A DNA stretch of 64,000 bases from Lingula anatina (GCA_051362555.1 CM120642.1:30132001-30196000), one strand, 5' to 3'; shown: positions 13,214 through 28,605, numbered from the stretch's first letter. The notes: a model not told the origin generated them from the sequence alone. Program-made: numbers and translations.

Positions 13214-15390
13214 GGATATGATAATGGGATATGATAACCGACCACGAAACAAAGAATGGCACTTCCCAGCACTAATATAAAACTTTGCCAGACACAATAG
13301 TAACCCAAGTAGAAGGTAATTTTCAGTTCAGGACTCTAACTCGCAGGGTTGTTTAAATTGACATTATGGAGCTTTCTATATGTCGACTTAATTGAGACTG
13401 GTCCCATTACAGTGCATAATAAGCACAGCGTCCAAGGTCTAGAGCATGAGAGTTAAGCCCTAAGCAGGATTATTTGATATGATCATCAGTCTGAAATCAT
13501 TAACTGTAAACATGGTACCTGTTCTACATATAATAACTAACAGTACGATATTGTGCAGCGGCAACCAAAGGGAAAGGCGGATGTCGTAACTTGATAGATT
13601 GTGCAGTGCTTAGCAATATTACTCAAGCTGATATCGATGCCTTAACTTGTGCGTTTGTTTGGTCGATCTTCGATGTTACGCTCTATGTCACTTTGCCCCA
13701 CATACTGAAGATTTGATGACTATTTGCTAAAGACCCTAAATAGAACTGGAGACTTTTGTATTTGTGCAAGGATGTTAAGTAGGCCCCCTATGATAGTGGG
13801 TTATCTATTGCACTGTCCATCAATCCCACTCCCACCCTGCTTTGAGGTACGCACCTGCATCATGCACGCGTGTTTGGGAACGGACGCTTACAATGTGCAC
13901 GATACAGATGCGTATTTCCATCCTCTTGCATAAGGAGGCACTTCCTCGAACTAAATCTCACAGATTGGCTTTTAAGTGTCACCCCACACACGTGTGCTAA
14001 GACATAGCCTTTGACAACGTAAGGGTGTTGTGAAAGAATGACAAGAGCGGTGTAGTGGAATTATTAATTGGCGAGTTTTTCAAATGGAGTACACCCTACT
14101 TTGGCACCGTGGCCTTATAAAGCAAAAAGTTCGTTATGTTAGTCGTTTCAAGGTGTGCTGAAGTTATTTTCATTCTGCCGGTGGTATGAATCACCGTATT
14201 TGCAATGCCAAGAAGCTATGTCACCCTTAACCTTCGACATAGATCGGACTGAGTAATTTGTCTGCGTCTTTCTAGAATAACTTCAGGTATACACTTAGGC
14301 TTTTAAAAGGTTACTTATTAAGTACAGCGGGTGATCTCCAAAAGGGACTCGTCGCACAAGTGGTTGTTGAGATTTTAGAAAAAGACCCACACAGAATACA
14401 CCGAGTGCTCTGTCCCAATATAATTATGATCAATTCAATCATGTTTACCGGACCATATTTCAAATGGGCCCTGCGTTTGAAAGGAAGATATATTTTCACA
14501 CTGGTTCGAAAGAAGACCGGTTTTCTCGTATTATGTAGAGTTCAGCGTGGGTGAAAAAAATAGTACTATATAATACTGTGCAATATTGCACGGGGTTTAA
14601 AGTGTTGTTTTAACAGACCACTCCTTGAAATTTGAAATCCTGTTTTGCTTTTTTATCGCACTGGAGTGAAATATACCACAGTTTAACCCCTAAGTGAAAG
14701 AGATTTTAAGAAAACAAGTCACAGTTGACAATAGTTAACTCGTTAAACTTAACGCTGCAACTGGATGCCGCGGGGTGAAATGGTTCAGTATTTTTTCCTG
14801 CAATATTTTTCAAGATAAATCTTTTTCGTAAGTTGATTACAACCAATGTCCTCCATACGGGCAAACCCTCACAATGCATGGCATTTCTAATGTCACCCTC
14901 AACCGACCCTGATCAAGTTGACAGGTCCCTGTCTTGAACCTGGAGTATGCGCTGGCGCGAAACGTAGTACTCGTACAGTACATGTCTATGGGGACATTGA
15001 AATGGACTATTTAAGACATTCTTGTTTTTTGGCAGCTCATCACGCGATCTCTAAATCGGCCCATCAATGAAATAAACTTACATATTTCATACCTGAACTG
15101 ACTTGCCCTTTACATGCTACCAGTCTCATTTTAATCTCTGTATTTCAGTTTGACATCGCTATTTGTCCGTTTGTTTGTTTGATTGTTTCTTATTGTCAAG
15201 TTGCCCGCCCTTAGTGGTGTTGCTATTGTTGTTTGTGGTGGTGATGTGGTTGCATTGTCAAGTCTCCCCCTTCTATACTGTACCGTCTTAGTGCTGGTGT
15301 TTAATGGTTGCTGCAGTTTAGTTGTGTCAAATATCTGTTTAAGTACCCCAGTGGTGGTGTATAAAAATATAAGCAATTTTGGTTGACCAT

Positions 15391-15432
<42 letters not shown>

Positions 15433-15712
15433 TTGTTATCTTTTTGAATGACGAACTAATGGAAAGATAACAAATAACATGTTCAACTCTGCAGTACTGT
15501 GGCTTTTGGCGTACATGAAATATCTTTATATTCATATTATATACATGCAAAACAACGCAGCAAATCATATCACACGTAATAATTAAAGCTGTAATAAGAG
15601 TAAAATGCAGCTTTGATGATGCAAATGCTCCCCTTATCTGTATAATATGTGCTCTGGAAAGTGTAGACGAGCACACTGAGAGAGGAGAGCGGGATCTTTG
15701 TAAATCGCACCG

Positions 15713-15830
15713 AGGTCACAACGACCAGGTCAACAGCAAATCATAAATGGGAATCTATAGGTCACATTAGGTCAGGTGTAGGTCACTTTAAGGCCAGATG
15801 TAGGTCACATTAGACTTCAGGTGTAGGTCA
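15713..15830 (+). repeat. ~22-bp degenerate tandem repeat rich in (T)AGGTCA
   Basis: Units are taggtcacattaggtcaggtg / taggtcactttaaggccagatg / taggtcacattagacttcaggtg / taggtca, plus two more AGGTCA just upstream. Confidence 0.7.
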
Positions 15831-18416
15831 TGGGTGTCAGTGGTACTATAGTTGCCGTCCGCCAGTCGAGTCGTTCCCCGGCCGAGCGAGACAGTGCCGC
15901 TGCGCGGTCTGTCTGCATTTGAAGCGACGGAGACACTCCGTGGCGACTACGACGGCTCAAGGCCGAGTTGCATAATAGAATTCCGGAAAACAATAAAATA
16001 GAGAACACTTATCGAAATACATGTTAAATACACTTATCAAAATACCTCATCACAAGCAATTTGTAAATTGGCGCGTTACAAATCCGGCAGAATGTCGTAT
16101 TCATCTTTAGTCAAGGGGTTTGATTTCACAAGAATAGAAAATTTGACCTTTTTTTTTTCAAATTCCATTTTGCCAATGTGTTATAACAAAAATGCAGGGG
16201 TCATGTTCTTCCACCTAGACAGAGGAGTATTAACAAGGCTCAGCAAAGAAGTGACAGCCACAAAAGTCAAGTAAGGCTTTTCATGCCTGCGACTTCTGGT
16301 ATCCGCAGTCACGCTATATTCTTTTCTTTACAAATATTTTATGTGACAGCATTTTGAAGTTCTTATCATCATACCAGGTCAGGTGTGAAGTCATGCTCGG
16401 CCACTGGAATGGAGGTTGCCTCTCGGGTCAGATTGGGCCAACCGCAAGACAAGCAGACGATAAAATGGCGATAAACTTGTGAAACTGGGATATCAACAAG
16501 TGGGGTTGGGTGGGTAGGTGGAGTCGGGGGGGGGGGGGGGGTTGAGGGGGTATTCCAGTATGCAACCCCTTGGATGTGTTATAACGTTGGCCCAGTATTT
16601 GCCCATTGCATTTGTCATGGATCTGTACTAGACCGATACTTCACCAATAAGGCACTGGGAGTTCTATCAATTCTTTCGGTTGCCTTAAAAGAAAATAGTG
16701 TTGAAAAAACGAGGTTAAAACTATCATCTATGTGCCCCAAAGCAATTTTGATCAATTATTGCTAGTTCAATGAAGTTATGCCACTTGTGACCGCTGACTA
16801 TAATGTAATGGCCAATATTGGGCTATTACTGAGCAATCATTGGGCCAATAAAGCCCAGCCACTGCAGGGCCGAAGTGATCTTTTCCTTCCATGCAACTGG
16901 CATGCTTCCTGTTCAAATCGTAAGCACACGTGAGATAGCGCAACGTTTCACGCATTACAGCATCTAAAATTAGAGAAAAAATAACAACAGCAAAGCTGGC
17001 TGTTTTGCACTGGTGCGTGGAATATCGTTCCATTAATCTTACGCAGCCAGCCGCCACTTAATAAAAATAACGGCAACCGATGTTATTTTTCGTAGTCGGA
17101 AAAAGTGTCTGAAGTCTGAATAATGAAGGGGGGGGGGGGGGGGTCTATTTTCATTGACTGAAATAGGAAATTAAACACCGTTCCTGCCTCGTTGGTTAAC
17201 TGTCTGCAAGTGATGATGTAAAAGGTAGCTTGGGTACTTAAAGACCTCGCTTAAATTGTCAAGAGAAACCTTGAATAAGTTACAATCTACAAGCATGTTA
17301 ATGCCTTAAAGGAAGCACTCAATGCGGTGTTAGGTACAAAATAACGACAGGATCACCTGTTGCGTGTATATGATTTGTGAGTTGATGTTTTTTTTTTATA
17401 TTTATCAACTCAGTGTACGTTTTGAACCTCATGAAGGGGTATTTCCTCACAATTGTGACTACGTAATGGCTGTAATGACAGAACTCGTTAAAACCATTAA
17501 AAACCGTCGCAGATAAGCGTGACATATAATTTCCTTTAGTTCTCTATCCATTGAGTTTGAAGTGCGTTTCATATCCTGCCAGTATTTCAGTCGAAACCCC
17601 AGAAAACATCGATAAAAGATCCCTGACATTTTTACTTTAATACAATATTCACTGAAATAAATTCCTGTCATTTGGGAAATTTAACAACGTTCTTTCTTCA
17701 ATACATGTGCATCAGTAGCCTTGACCTTCAAATTTAACCTTGAACTATGACCTTCTTGTATTACCTATGCCATTGGTTGAGTTGTCATGTACTGCAGTCA
17801 CCAAGTGCAGGAGCACATGCATAGCACCAGAGCTTATTTATTATTCAAATATGTAAATTAATGCGTGGAGGACGGCGAAAGCAAGTTGTCGGTTGTAGCT
17901 GTTGAAATGAAACAAATTTAATGAATAATTTTGTGATGGTCTGCAGATTCTATATTTTTCAATTATATTGCAATATTCTAAATGGCTAGCACGTGTAAAG
18001 GGTTAACACAGCATGAAGACTATTAACCTTAATTCTGAAACAAACAGGCTTGTTTGGTTTGACTTGAAATGAGTGATTTTATTAATCCCGAAATTGTATT
18101 ACATGTATCTTAGGTATATGTGCAGTGCTGAACGCTAAAGGTGCCTTATTTTAAAACTCCCTTAGCTAATATATAGTCTACATGTATGCCCTCAGTTGCA
18201 CGGTGTCTATTCAGTACAGCTGCGAAGCAATTACTCTGTTGTGGGTTACTTATATAAGTTCCTGCAATCATGATGCCTCCCTTGGGACTCGTCAGTCTAG
18301 TTTTCCATAAACTGCACTCTGCTAGAGCTATTCATCAGGGTTGATTTCAATCTACAGAGCTGCTATTAGCTATGGAATATCAAATATCACACGACTTCAG
18401 ACCTGCTTTCGTTCAA

Positions 18417-18450
<34 letters not shown>

Positions 18451-19277
18451 AATATGCATGATTGCACAGTCGCTCGAACATGCACGTATGCGTGTGCATG
18501 TGTACTTGTTTTTGTGCGGGAAATTTTACGGGGGCTGAATGCAAAGGGGGAAGAATATAAAACAACCGATATAACTGCATGTAAATGTACGTGTACCAAA
18601 GTGCACTGCGTTTCTCCAACACTGAAAATATATACAGGCAACTGAGCGGCTATTAGTGGCCTCTGGAAAGCACAAAATATGCACGTTTAGATCAAAAGCT
18701 TAGACTATCAGCAGCCGGTGCTGTTCTGTGACCTGTGGTAGTACTTACTCCACCTGCTGCCTCTCATTACGGAGGCACAAAAACACGCGCTCGTAAAATT
18801 ACATTGCTGTCAGGACTGACTTGCTTGGGGCATATTACGTGATAGACATACTCAAAAAGTTTATTAGACACCTTCTGTTCTAGTAGTATAACCCATATAT
18901 CTAAATTTACTTTACTCGATTTCAATGTTTTAGTCTTTACTCGATCATGTCGCACAGTTCGTAACTCCATTTCTCTCCCCTCCCCCCCCCCCCCCCACTC
19001 GCTTCTGTCTGTCTGTGTCTGTGCGTGTCTGTCTGTCTGTCTGTCTGTCTGTGTCTGTCTGTCTGTATTCCGCCATTCTCATCTCCGCCGGTTTTGTTGG
19101 TGATAATACCTTGGTAATACAACCATACATCAAGTGCACTAACTCCAATCATGCAGTAATTTCGTGCCATCCATCACCTGGTAGCTTATTCTTTAATAAT
19201 GCATTTTCACGTGATAAGCCTTGATTGATCAAAAGTACAACTCATCGCACCTGGATCGTTTATATTTTCTAACGTTT

Positions 19278-19335
<58 letters not shown>

Positions 19336-22300
19336 GTGCGTGCGTGTATGCGAATTAGTAATATCTTATAATATCACAGGGGGGGTATAAAATTCGGCTT
19401 ATATGGGGTGCAGCAACGAATATTGGCTGCAGCATCAGCAGTTTTCATCAGTGCAGCACAGCACTAGTGAAGATACATTGGTCTTATTGTCAGTTGCAAT
19501 GTACTGCAACATCTGGTGCAGAAATGGATGTAGCAGCAGCTAGCACAAAGTAAAACTTCAATAACAGTAATGGGTATAAAGTAGTGCTCATGCTTTGGTA
19601 GTATAATAGGGGTGGCGTATAAAAATATATATATTGTATTATATTCAATGTGCCATATGTGGGTGGAATGCTCTTTATAACAGTAGCAAGATGGATAGAA
19701 TGGAAATATGCGCTTTATTGGTATCTGATTTTTATTCGTATCTTGAAGGAAAACGCGTTGGAGTATGTCGGTCTTAAAAATTTTCGTAGACGTGTGATTA
19801 TTCGAGAGGCAATTCACAAACGCTGTTGTTGCAATCATGCATTTATAAATAGGTTTTATTTTAACCTAAAGCGAAGTGTGTGTCTCGTGTGGTTGCAGGT
19901 TAAATATCTCGTTCTTTTGAACTTTAGTAAAAATGCGATTTAAGCCTGTTTAAATTGTTTCTCTCGGCTACTTAACCCTATGACACATGCTTTTATCTGT
20001 TACAAGCAAACGCTTGTTTTGTGCATTGTGCGTTTTTTAAGATACTTTCCAACAATCAGCGGCAACAGTGTGGGTGTAACGGCTAGATATTTTACATTAA
20101 TTTCACAGTTGTTAATGCACCGAAACGCTCGCAATGATTACAACAGGGGACAGATTTTACTCCTAGTCCAAAGGTACTTGCTACACACTCTTTGCTAGTT
20201 TTGAAAAGCATTTTGCAAAATGATTTAGCAGCGATTTTTTGCTTTCGAGCTGAAAGCCCTGCTTTTGTGAATCAAGTTAAAAACTATTTGAGTGGGATAT
20301 TCAGCTCAATCGAGGGCCGTGTACGCTAATTGCAATTAAAAGCAACGGCTCATGATACTATCAACTGATTTAAAAAGCATTTTGTAATATGATTCATCTG
20401 TGTCTATTGTGGGAAAATTGCAAATCGAGGCACGAGCTCCGTGTTGTTTTACAATAATATTTTCGAATGGAGTTTCGAGCAAATGTTGCGCAAGTAATAA
20501 ACTGTGGAAAAAAAACGAGTGAAACTCTGTAAACGCACTTTATGTGGACGTTCTAAGCATTAAGAGATAGGTATGTTGACAGCAAAGAGATCGATCTCGA
20601 TTTAGCACAAATACGAGATCAGTTGATGCGTGCAACAATGACATGTATAAAATTGCCATTCTAGCATTTCAGTTAGGTGCAATACTGAGATATTATCTCC
20701 ATCACGTAGCGATCTTTAAATTTCAAGCCACGTTTGAAATATCAGTGTAAATATTGTCATAAAGAACATAACATCAGTTTTCGATTTTCGTTTTGTTCAC
20801 GACTACTTGCGTTTTGGTCCGTAATTACCGCGCTTTGTTCAATGTTATACGCCACGTAGTCTCAAATGCCAGGAAAGCTCAGATCGATTTTTTCCTGGTG
20901 TAGCTAGCAATCGTCCATACCACAGAATCATCTTTCGACGCTGTATGTATCGATTTTTCTTCGGTTAAAGTAATTCTGCATGCCTATACGTAACAAATGA
21001 CAGCGTTTTAACAACACGTCCAATTGAAAGGTTTAGAAACTGATATAGCTGATGAATTGAAAACAACGTATTGTTAAATTAGAGTAATGGCTGCAAGATC
21101 CGTTTGGGACTGGTTTGGTCTTTTCCTGAACACGCTATATTAAGACATTTGGGAAAGTAAAGGAAATTCCAACCTGAAACCGAAACTAATTATAAAGAGA
21201 TATTTATGCAGCAATATATGCAGCCCATAGTTCTGAGATTTTGAATGTGTTGCACTTAAATTATCTGTATATACTATTATAAAAAAATCCATTAAACAAC
21301 CGATCTCATTATAAATTCTAAATAGAAATATTCAAGGATCAGTTAACGAAGCCATTGATAGCTCATGACTCGTTACACGGTCAATGACTAAATTAATCTA
21401 CATGTATGTACATGATACGGAAATTTAGCGAACAAGCCCCATAACGAGGGGACGTGATGCTCCTGTTTCAACGAGCTGGCCACCGCCTGGAGAAAGGATT
21501 CTGGCACACTATCACAAATATTTAACCAAAAACGACAGCAAAATTTAAAGTTCAAGATGTATTATTTTGTTGTCCCAAATTTGAAGAGGCGAGAGTGGAC
21601 AGAAATTCGGTTTGACGAAAAGCGACCGTGGGATATTCATGTAGACTAATACACAAGGGTTGCATAATTACTACACTGATAATGTGTTATCAAATTCAAT
21701 CAATAAGTTTGAATCCTGAGCTTGAAACCGCTGGCTGCGGCCTCTGTGGCGTGTACATTTCACAAGCCAGTGTTAATGCCTGCTCTAATACATCTATATT
21801 TTATGGCTTGCTTCTGAGCTGATGCACAATTGCTTCAGAAACTACAGTCTTGCTGGACTGTTCAATAAACGGCACATCCCAGGGCGATTTCAGTGCCATT
21901 ACGGCATCATTATTCATTCCGTGCTTCTAGATATGGACCAAAAATGCGAACTTGATGGTTTAACGTCTTCTTGCTTTCAGATCGTCTATTTTCTCAATTT
22001 ATTTTTCCTTTGGGAATTGTAAAGAGAGCGGTTATTGCCCTTCGGTATAAAAATCTAACATAGAATACAAGCCAGCGTGCGTTTCAGTCCTTAAAGCGTA
22101 TCATAACATGGGGATTCTCATCATTTCGTTACTACCGGCAGTTGCATACATTACCGCATTCGTTATTGGAGCCAATACTCAACGCTGATGGCTATAAATA
22201 TTTTTGTGCACCTTGAAGGTTGTTTTTTCAACTGTCAGAATAGATGAATCATAGAACGATAAGACATGCCAAATTGCCTTTTCTAGACTACAATTTGTTT

Positions 22301-23489
22301 CTTATCATAAATAAATAATGCAGTTTTCGCTGATCCCTAAATGACACCCTCTACTGAGTGGGCTCCGGATCAAACGGTAAGGTAAAGATATACGTGTGCC
22401 TCACTCACTCATCAGTGGATATGTTTGTGGTGGTATTAGAAATCGGTCAGGAATTTCCCTTCGATGTTGGTTGTGGGCTGAGAACAGAAACTGCAACGCG
22501 TTTTAGCATGTATATTTTGACACTCTTCTTCTTGTACAGACCAGATTTCTAGACAAGCAATGTTTTCAATTCAGGCATGTAAACATGAATCACAGAAATG
22601 AATTTCCGATCAGAATGAAATGATTCACCCTGGGATCAAATGCTCAATAGGGGCGGATCCATTTAGTGAAGTTGCTGAATCTGGGGATCAGATGGCCTCA
22701 GAAGGCTAGTGATCGAGATGTCAATGTGTGATAATCACTTAAAGTCGTGCCGCGCGTTCAGACACGAACCTAACGTCGGTTTGAGTGCAGATTAAACAGA
22801 CTAGCCCTCTGTGAAGTAATTTAGTATTATGCCGTCCAACAGTGCGTTTTTTTCCTCACTCCTTTATACAGTACTTACCATTTGACGGCCCCACAATGCA
22901 TTTTGGTGTTTTTGAAACACTATGAAGAGGTAAGTTGAAAAATTGAACTATAAATAACAATTTGGTCTACAGTGACTCGTGCTACAGCTACACAAGTTTG
23001 GGTTTAGTTTCTTGTATGCCTCATGTGACTACTACCAGATAATACGATAATCAAAATTTAATACAGCAATATAAGGAAGGGGTGTCATAATTATCATATT
23101 AAAGCGCTGTGAGACATAGTCGATTTTTGAGGAGAAATACATGGATAAAAATGGATTTGAAAAATATACGCAGACATAGCGATATTTTAACTCCGACAAC
23201 AAAGTTGCACCAGTTGCCTCCTTCCCCCAGAGTTTGAATTAATTCTACAGGCACGACGTGTCAGCATTATAACGTCTATTGCAGTGCCCAATGATCAACA
23301 AGAAAATATAATGTCAGTGTATTGAATCCCAGAAAGTTGAAGTTGTCTCTTGCAATACCGAATTACATGAGTGCATCCGGAATGTGGGGCTGATTTCTCT
23401 GTATTCTCCAAAGCGTTCACCTTAAGGATGCACTCACAACCAAAGTTGATCCGTGAATAAAATCTGCCCGAAAGCTCTCTGCACAATCC

Positions 23490-23606
23490 CTGCTGGGAAT
23501 CTATTAAGTGTCTATTAAGGGATTATGCGGCAAGCTTTCAAGTGGGGCAGCCATATATGATCCGCGGATCTGTTGGTTCGAGGATCAACCCTTTCTGAAT
23601 GCGTCC
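23490..23606. mobile_element. Partial copy of the 28428/28606 MITE family
   Basis: The stretch atctattaagtgtctattaagggattatgcggcaagcttt...ccatatatgatccgcgga...ttctgaatg matches the core and right end of those elements. Confidence 0.6.
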
Positions 23607-26068
23607 TAACAGTGAGTTACACCCTCATTGACATTTTACACCTCGACGGACGCGGTGTCGATATAAACGAAAGATATTATATCCTCTTATCATCCCCTCT
23701 GCTTGTCAAGATAAACGGAACACAGCACTTGAAGTTGAAGTCATTTTAAATCTGACCCTTGTGGGCATAGCTTAATCGAACGCCATGTCTTTGTCGCTTA
23801 TTACCAGGGCCTTGATTTGAATACGAATAAAAAAAAAATAGCCTCACATGCAGTAAACCGTGAAAATGTTGTTTTTGTGTCGGTGCTGGGATGCCGTGTC
23901 TACATGCACGGCTATTAGTTTTCTCAATGAACGTCACAAAAACAGAAATAAAATACAGATGACCGACTTGTGTATTGACTTTGGGTTGTTGCTTTGACGG
24001 TGGTCATAACGCCATCAAACAAGAAGCAAGGTTAACTACAGCTCATTATAATATAACTGCAAAAATGACTAAAGTTTGTTTAGCTGGCTTTTGTAGACAA
24101 TTTTTGTTGTTGGTTTTCGGTTGACTTGGACGGTGCGCATAATACTGCCGAGCAAGGGCGTCATTTATAACTTGGAGGCGATGGATTGGAAAAGAGAACG
24201 ATGTAGTTGGCTGACTTTGCGTAAAGAATTCCGTTTGTGGTTTGCGAGTCATGCACATAGCAAAAGACTCCATTGCTAAATAAGACAGCCTGTAGCAGCT
24301 GCAATTCTAAGGGTGGAGCATCATTCATAGATTTTGTCAGTTGCTTTTATTTAGAGGAATAAAAAAGGAGATTTGAGTTGACTATGTCAAACTTGTTGTA
24401 TCTGATACGAGTCAGGCGCTTTTCTTGTTTGTGTCAATCCCCAACCCACGCGCTCGTTTTTCGCGTAGGTAGCAGTTCAGGAAGGTGAAGATAAACAAAC
24501 ATTATTTGTTCCCCCGCTTATAGTGAAACAGGTCAGTCTAGCCCTAACTAGGAAACAGTGGCATCTTATTGGTGTACCGAAGTTTAAACCGCACCACCTA
24601 ACCTCAAAGAGAAATGCCAACAAAAGACAGCCAAGCAGGACTCATAGACCGGGGGAACTGGTCTGACAGGATTGGGACCGGCCCCAGAAGACGCCAAGCG
24701 GTCAACGCGAATTGTGGGGGCTGCAGAAACGAGTTCCACGGGTTTTGGGGAATCCAGACGTTCGAGGCTCCGACCCCACCCTATGCCCGTTGCGGAAGCA
24801 CTTTTTTGCTACCATACTCTCCTGCGTCTACTCTCTTTGTCGCATGTCAGAATGAAGTCACAACTGACTGTTAGAAAATGTAGTCAATATAAAAATCATA
24901 ATCCGATACATCTGATAAATCAATATCATTATGCAACTGTCTCTTGAAATGTCATTTAATCGTTTTTCGACTCCATTCAATAAAAATGCTTAAAATATTC
25001 AACGTCGGCTTTATATCAGTTTCATAGTAATTGATGAACAGTAGCACATCAGTAGAAAAGTAGCCTCTTCGATGGGCAATCACACTTAAAGAGACTTACA
25101 GACATATATGAATTCTCTACAGCACACTGCAGAGCAGTGAAAACAAGCAAGACAAATCATAAATTAGTGTGTAACTGAAGGGAGTACGAGATGAATAAGT
25201 AATTTTATCCAATAACATTATAGTATGAAATCGATAAGTGGGAAACAGCGTTAGGTAATGGGTCTGGCATTGACGCGCGGTGACACTTCCATTGGAGGAG
25301 TTAAATGGAATAATGCACTCGGGACCCCAGGTGAAAAATGGCTCATTCAAACAAGTGTCTGACATTGCGTCTTTTTTTCTTTTAGAATTTCAAAGTTGCA
25401 TTTGTAAAGACTAAATTGGGCCTATCCTGAGTCATCAATCGAAAAAGGAAAAAAAGTTTTGAATACGAATTAAAGGTTTTTCAAGGTCATATCATATTGC
25501 CAAATCGAGCTTCATGCGACCCGTCTCACTGGTTTTGGCGAGCCAGCATACCCCTTGGTAAAGATGACTCATTCATACCTGTACCTGGGAACTGGGGCAG
25601 CGTCCGTAAACACTACAGGTGAGACGCTGGGGTCACAGCTGGGAGGTGGGTGACACAGACGTGGATGGGCGTATCCCTTCTTGGACGCGGAGAAAGGGGG
25701 ATATCTGTGCAACTGACTCCGTATAACATGTGTCCTAACTAACAGATTCTTAAAATTGTTAATACTGTCATTCTTTGTAGAGTTTTTTATATTAAATCCA
25801 TTTAAAAAATCTAGTCATTAATACATCATGTACACACTGTTGAATAAACCATGAAGATTTGGTTTTTGCGTCCAGGAAAGATGGCACAGAACTCTGTAAC
25901 ACTGCTGTAGCCTACCTGCTGTCAGTAATTTGCGTTGCCATAGAAGATTTAAAATTTGAGATTTGGTGTCAATTACTATAACATTATTAATGTATGAAGA
26001 ACAGTTTGAATGTCTGCAATGTACTCTGTCACCAGATGTCCCTAGTGTATAAGCTGCATTAAACTTAA

Positions 26069-26119
<51 letters not shown>

Positions 26120-26612
26120 GTCTAGGTAACCTATCCCCTTCTCTCAGGGCAGCAACGTATTTGAACGCCGGAAAGAAAAATCTTGTAACACTCAAAGCCT
26201 CCCACCCACCCCCTTTCTCATTCCTATAAAACTGAGAATAAAAAACACGCAGACGAATTTATAATTCACAAGTCTATCAAACACGGCTTGAATACACAAA
26301 GAGTCATCGAAGTTAAAATTATGTGAGCTGTTCCACCTACGCGTAACTGATTCACTCACCCACCCCTAGAATATTACAAATAGTGCAAAACGTCTGCCAT
26401 TTAATCTTTAAGAAAAGAAAAAAGGAAAAGCACTGACTTTTATAGCGCGCTACTGTTTCCCTTAGGCTGAATAACAAGAAATGACGACAACAGCATGGTT
26501 CTAAATTCAAACATCTGAATGCAATAAATAGTAAATGACACTAAAGTTGTTGACGGGCTTTAGCTTTACGATGTCTGGTTGTCGGGTTACGCAGTGCAAA
26601 TTTGCATACTTA

Positions 26613-26867
26613 GGGACCATTCCCAGACCCTTTCGTACTTACTGTGGATCGTTTTATCTCCTAAAGGATTCACGCTAAATTGCAATCAACTTAAGCGGCT
26701 TAGATGCCTGTCACGCCTACTGAAGCGGCTAGGGGGTAATTAACTTTCGTTTAGCAGCTTCAGTAGACGTGCCAAACATCTAAACCGCTTAAGCTGAAAG
26801 CAATTTAGCAAGAAACCCCTTGGAGATGGATCGATCACGTTGGATCGATTTAGGTATGGGAACCCAG
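26613..26867. mobile_element. Near-palindromic MITE
   Basis: Arms gctaaattgc...ttaagcggcttagatg...ctactgaagc and gcttcagtag...catctaaaccgcttaag...gcaatttagc surround a central gtaattaac. Related to the 55424 and 55969 elements. Confidence 0.7.
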
Positions 26868-28427
26868 TTATGGTAGCTCTGGGCCACAGTGTGAATTTCA
26901 GATTGTCCTTCGATATAGAACTTTCTTGACACCTTAAACGCTTAGACGGAGGTATGAGGTATTCCAAATGTTTTGGTTTTTGAGTGGCAATGATTTATCC
27001 GGGTATAGCATGCCATTTTTATTGGGACTCCATTTGTAACATGTTATGACTTTAACTTAGTTAAAGTCTAAAACAGCGACTGAAAGGATCACGTGGCGTA
27101 TGTTTAAATTATGAATGTTTAAAGTATGTTAAGAAAAATATTAGAATAACATTTTGAGTGTCTGATTGAAAAATTAACGTCATTTCAAATTTTTGCAGTT
27201 TTGGTGGAAATTTTCATGTAACCGTGAAATGCTGTTTGTTTTGCTGTTGACTGTAAACAATTTTCTCTAATCATTTCCAGCTGGTAAAAACTAAAATTCT
27301 TCCGAAAATGAGAGAATGTAAAGATTTAATTTGAAGAGGCTGTACGTCTAGCTTCTTACCGGGTGGTTACTAAGGTTGCAGGAACAAATAACTGTCGGCA
27401 CGTTATCACTACCACAGGTCTGTGCTGATTGTCAGTTGTGTGGTTATCAGATTTTTTTTCTGAACAGGGGAAAACTACACAAGAAACATTGTGTCTCCAG
27501 ATAATGATATAGCCTCTGACAAATCACGTACCACAGCACAGAAATCCTGGGGTTTGATAGAGAGTTGCTTCCTGTGGAAGCGTGAGGTCGTGTCGACTGA
27601 TATATTACGGCAACAGACGCCATTCTTTTAAAGGTCGTTTCAGTTATATCATTTGATTTCCTTTTCCACGACAATTGAAACTCCTATGACGTACGTATTG
27701 AAGCAATGTCTCGGGAAGCAGAGATCCTGCATTGTACCTACTGAGGAAATGCCTAATATCATTAAAATTACGTAACATTTTCAGTGACAGCAGTAACCTT
27801 ATAGGAGATAAGGTGGGGGCATACGAAAGTGCATAGTAAACATAATTTTGTGGAAGTTAAGAAAAAGGATCTGAAAAAGTATCTGAAAGGGAAAATTTGA
27901 ATTTTGTTATATAAGCTTTAACATCATTCAAGCACGCCTATATAATAATGTATAAAGTAACTTACAGGCTTGTTTTGTTAGTACATTGACAAGAAGCCAA
28001 GAGACGCTAATCTATGCCTTAAAATCATCTTTGCTATTGTATTTAGAGCACATGACTTAGGATGGGTCGTGATCAAATAAATAGAAAAGTGTAGTTTTTC
28101 TGTCATAATTTGCATTTTCCTATCTTATTTTACTCAAACAAAATCATCATAAAACCATAAAACTGATGTATTTATTTCTGGATCCTTAAGATATAGAGTC
28201 ACGACTGCAAAACAATTTCATGAAATTCCTGTTGTGGCATAACAACCCTCCGCCCCCCATTTTTTTTTTTTTTACAAAATCACATTACATGTTTTTTTCA
28301 CCTCATTGGTGAACCTTAACTGAACAAAACTAGGTGTGGGTGCGATAAGTATAGACGTGTCGATTGTCAAGACTGTGACAAATTACATTAACCACCAGCA
28401 CATGCACTAAGGGTACCAGTAACTAAA

Positions 28428-28602
28428 GGCTCCATTCAGAATAGGGGACTAACTAGTCTGATGGTCAAATATGGCCGATCCACTTAAATACTTCCCCACG
28501 GGATATCTATTCAGTGTCTATTAGCGGATTAGACGGCAAGCTTTGTAGTGGGTCGCTATATTTGGCCCTTGGACTAGTTAGTCCCCTATTCTGAATGGGA
28601 CC
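28428..28602. mobile_element. MITE with ~30-bp TIRs
   Basis: Ends ggctccattcagaataggggactaactagtc and gactagttagtcccctattctgaatgggacc are reverse complements. Confidence 0.8.
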
Positions 28603-28605
28603 ATA

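Noticed and set aside
15131-15676. 181-aa minus-strand ORF and similar ORFs with ERERE, HTHTH, YIYIY or IIII runs
   Set aside because: They are kept open by microsatellites and show no coding signal.
15759-15830. Repeat array considered as a CRISPR array
   Set aside because: The context is eukaryotic, the units are contiguous and degenerate with no unique spacers, and there are no cas genes.
24614-24947. GC-rich overlapping ORFs
   Set aside because: There is no domain motif or splice context; probably repeat-derived.
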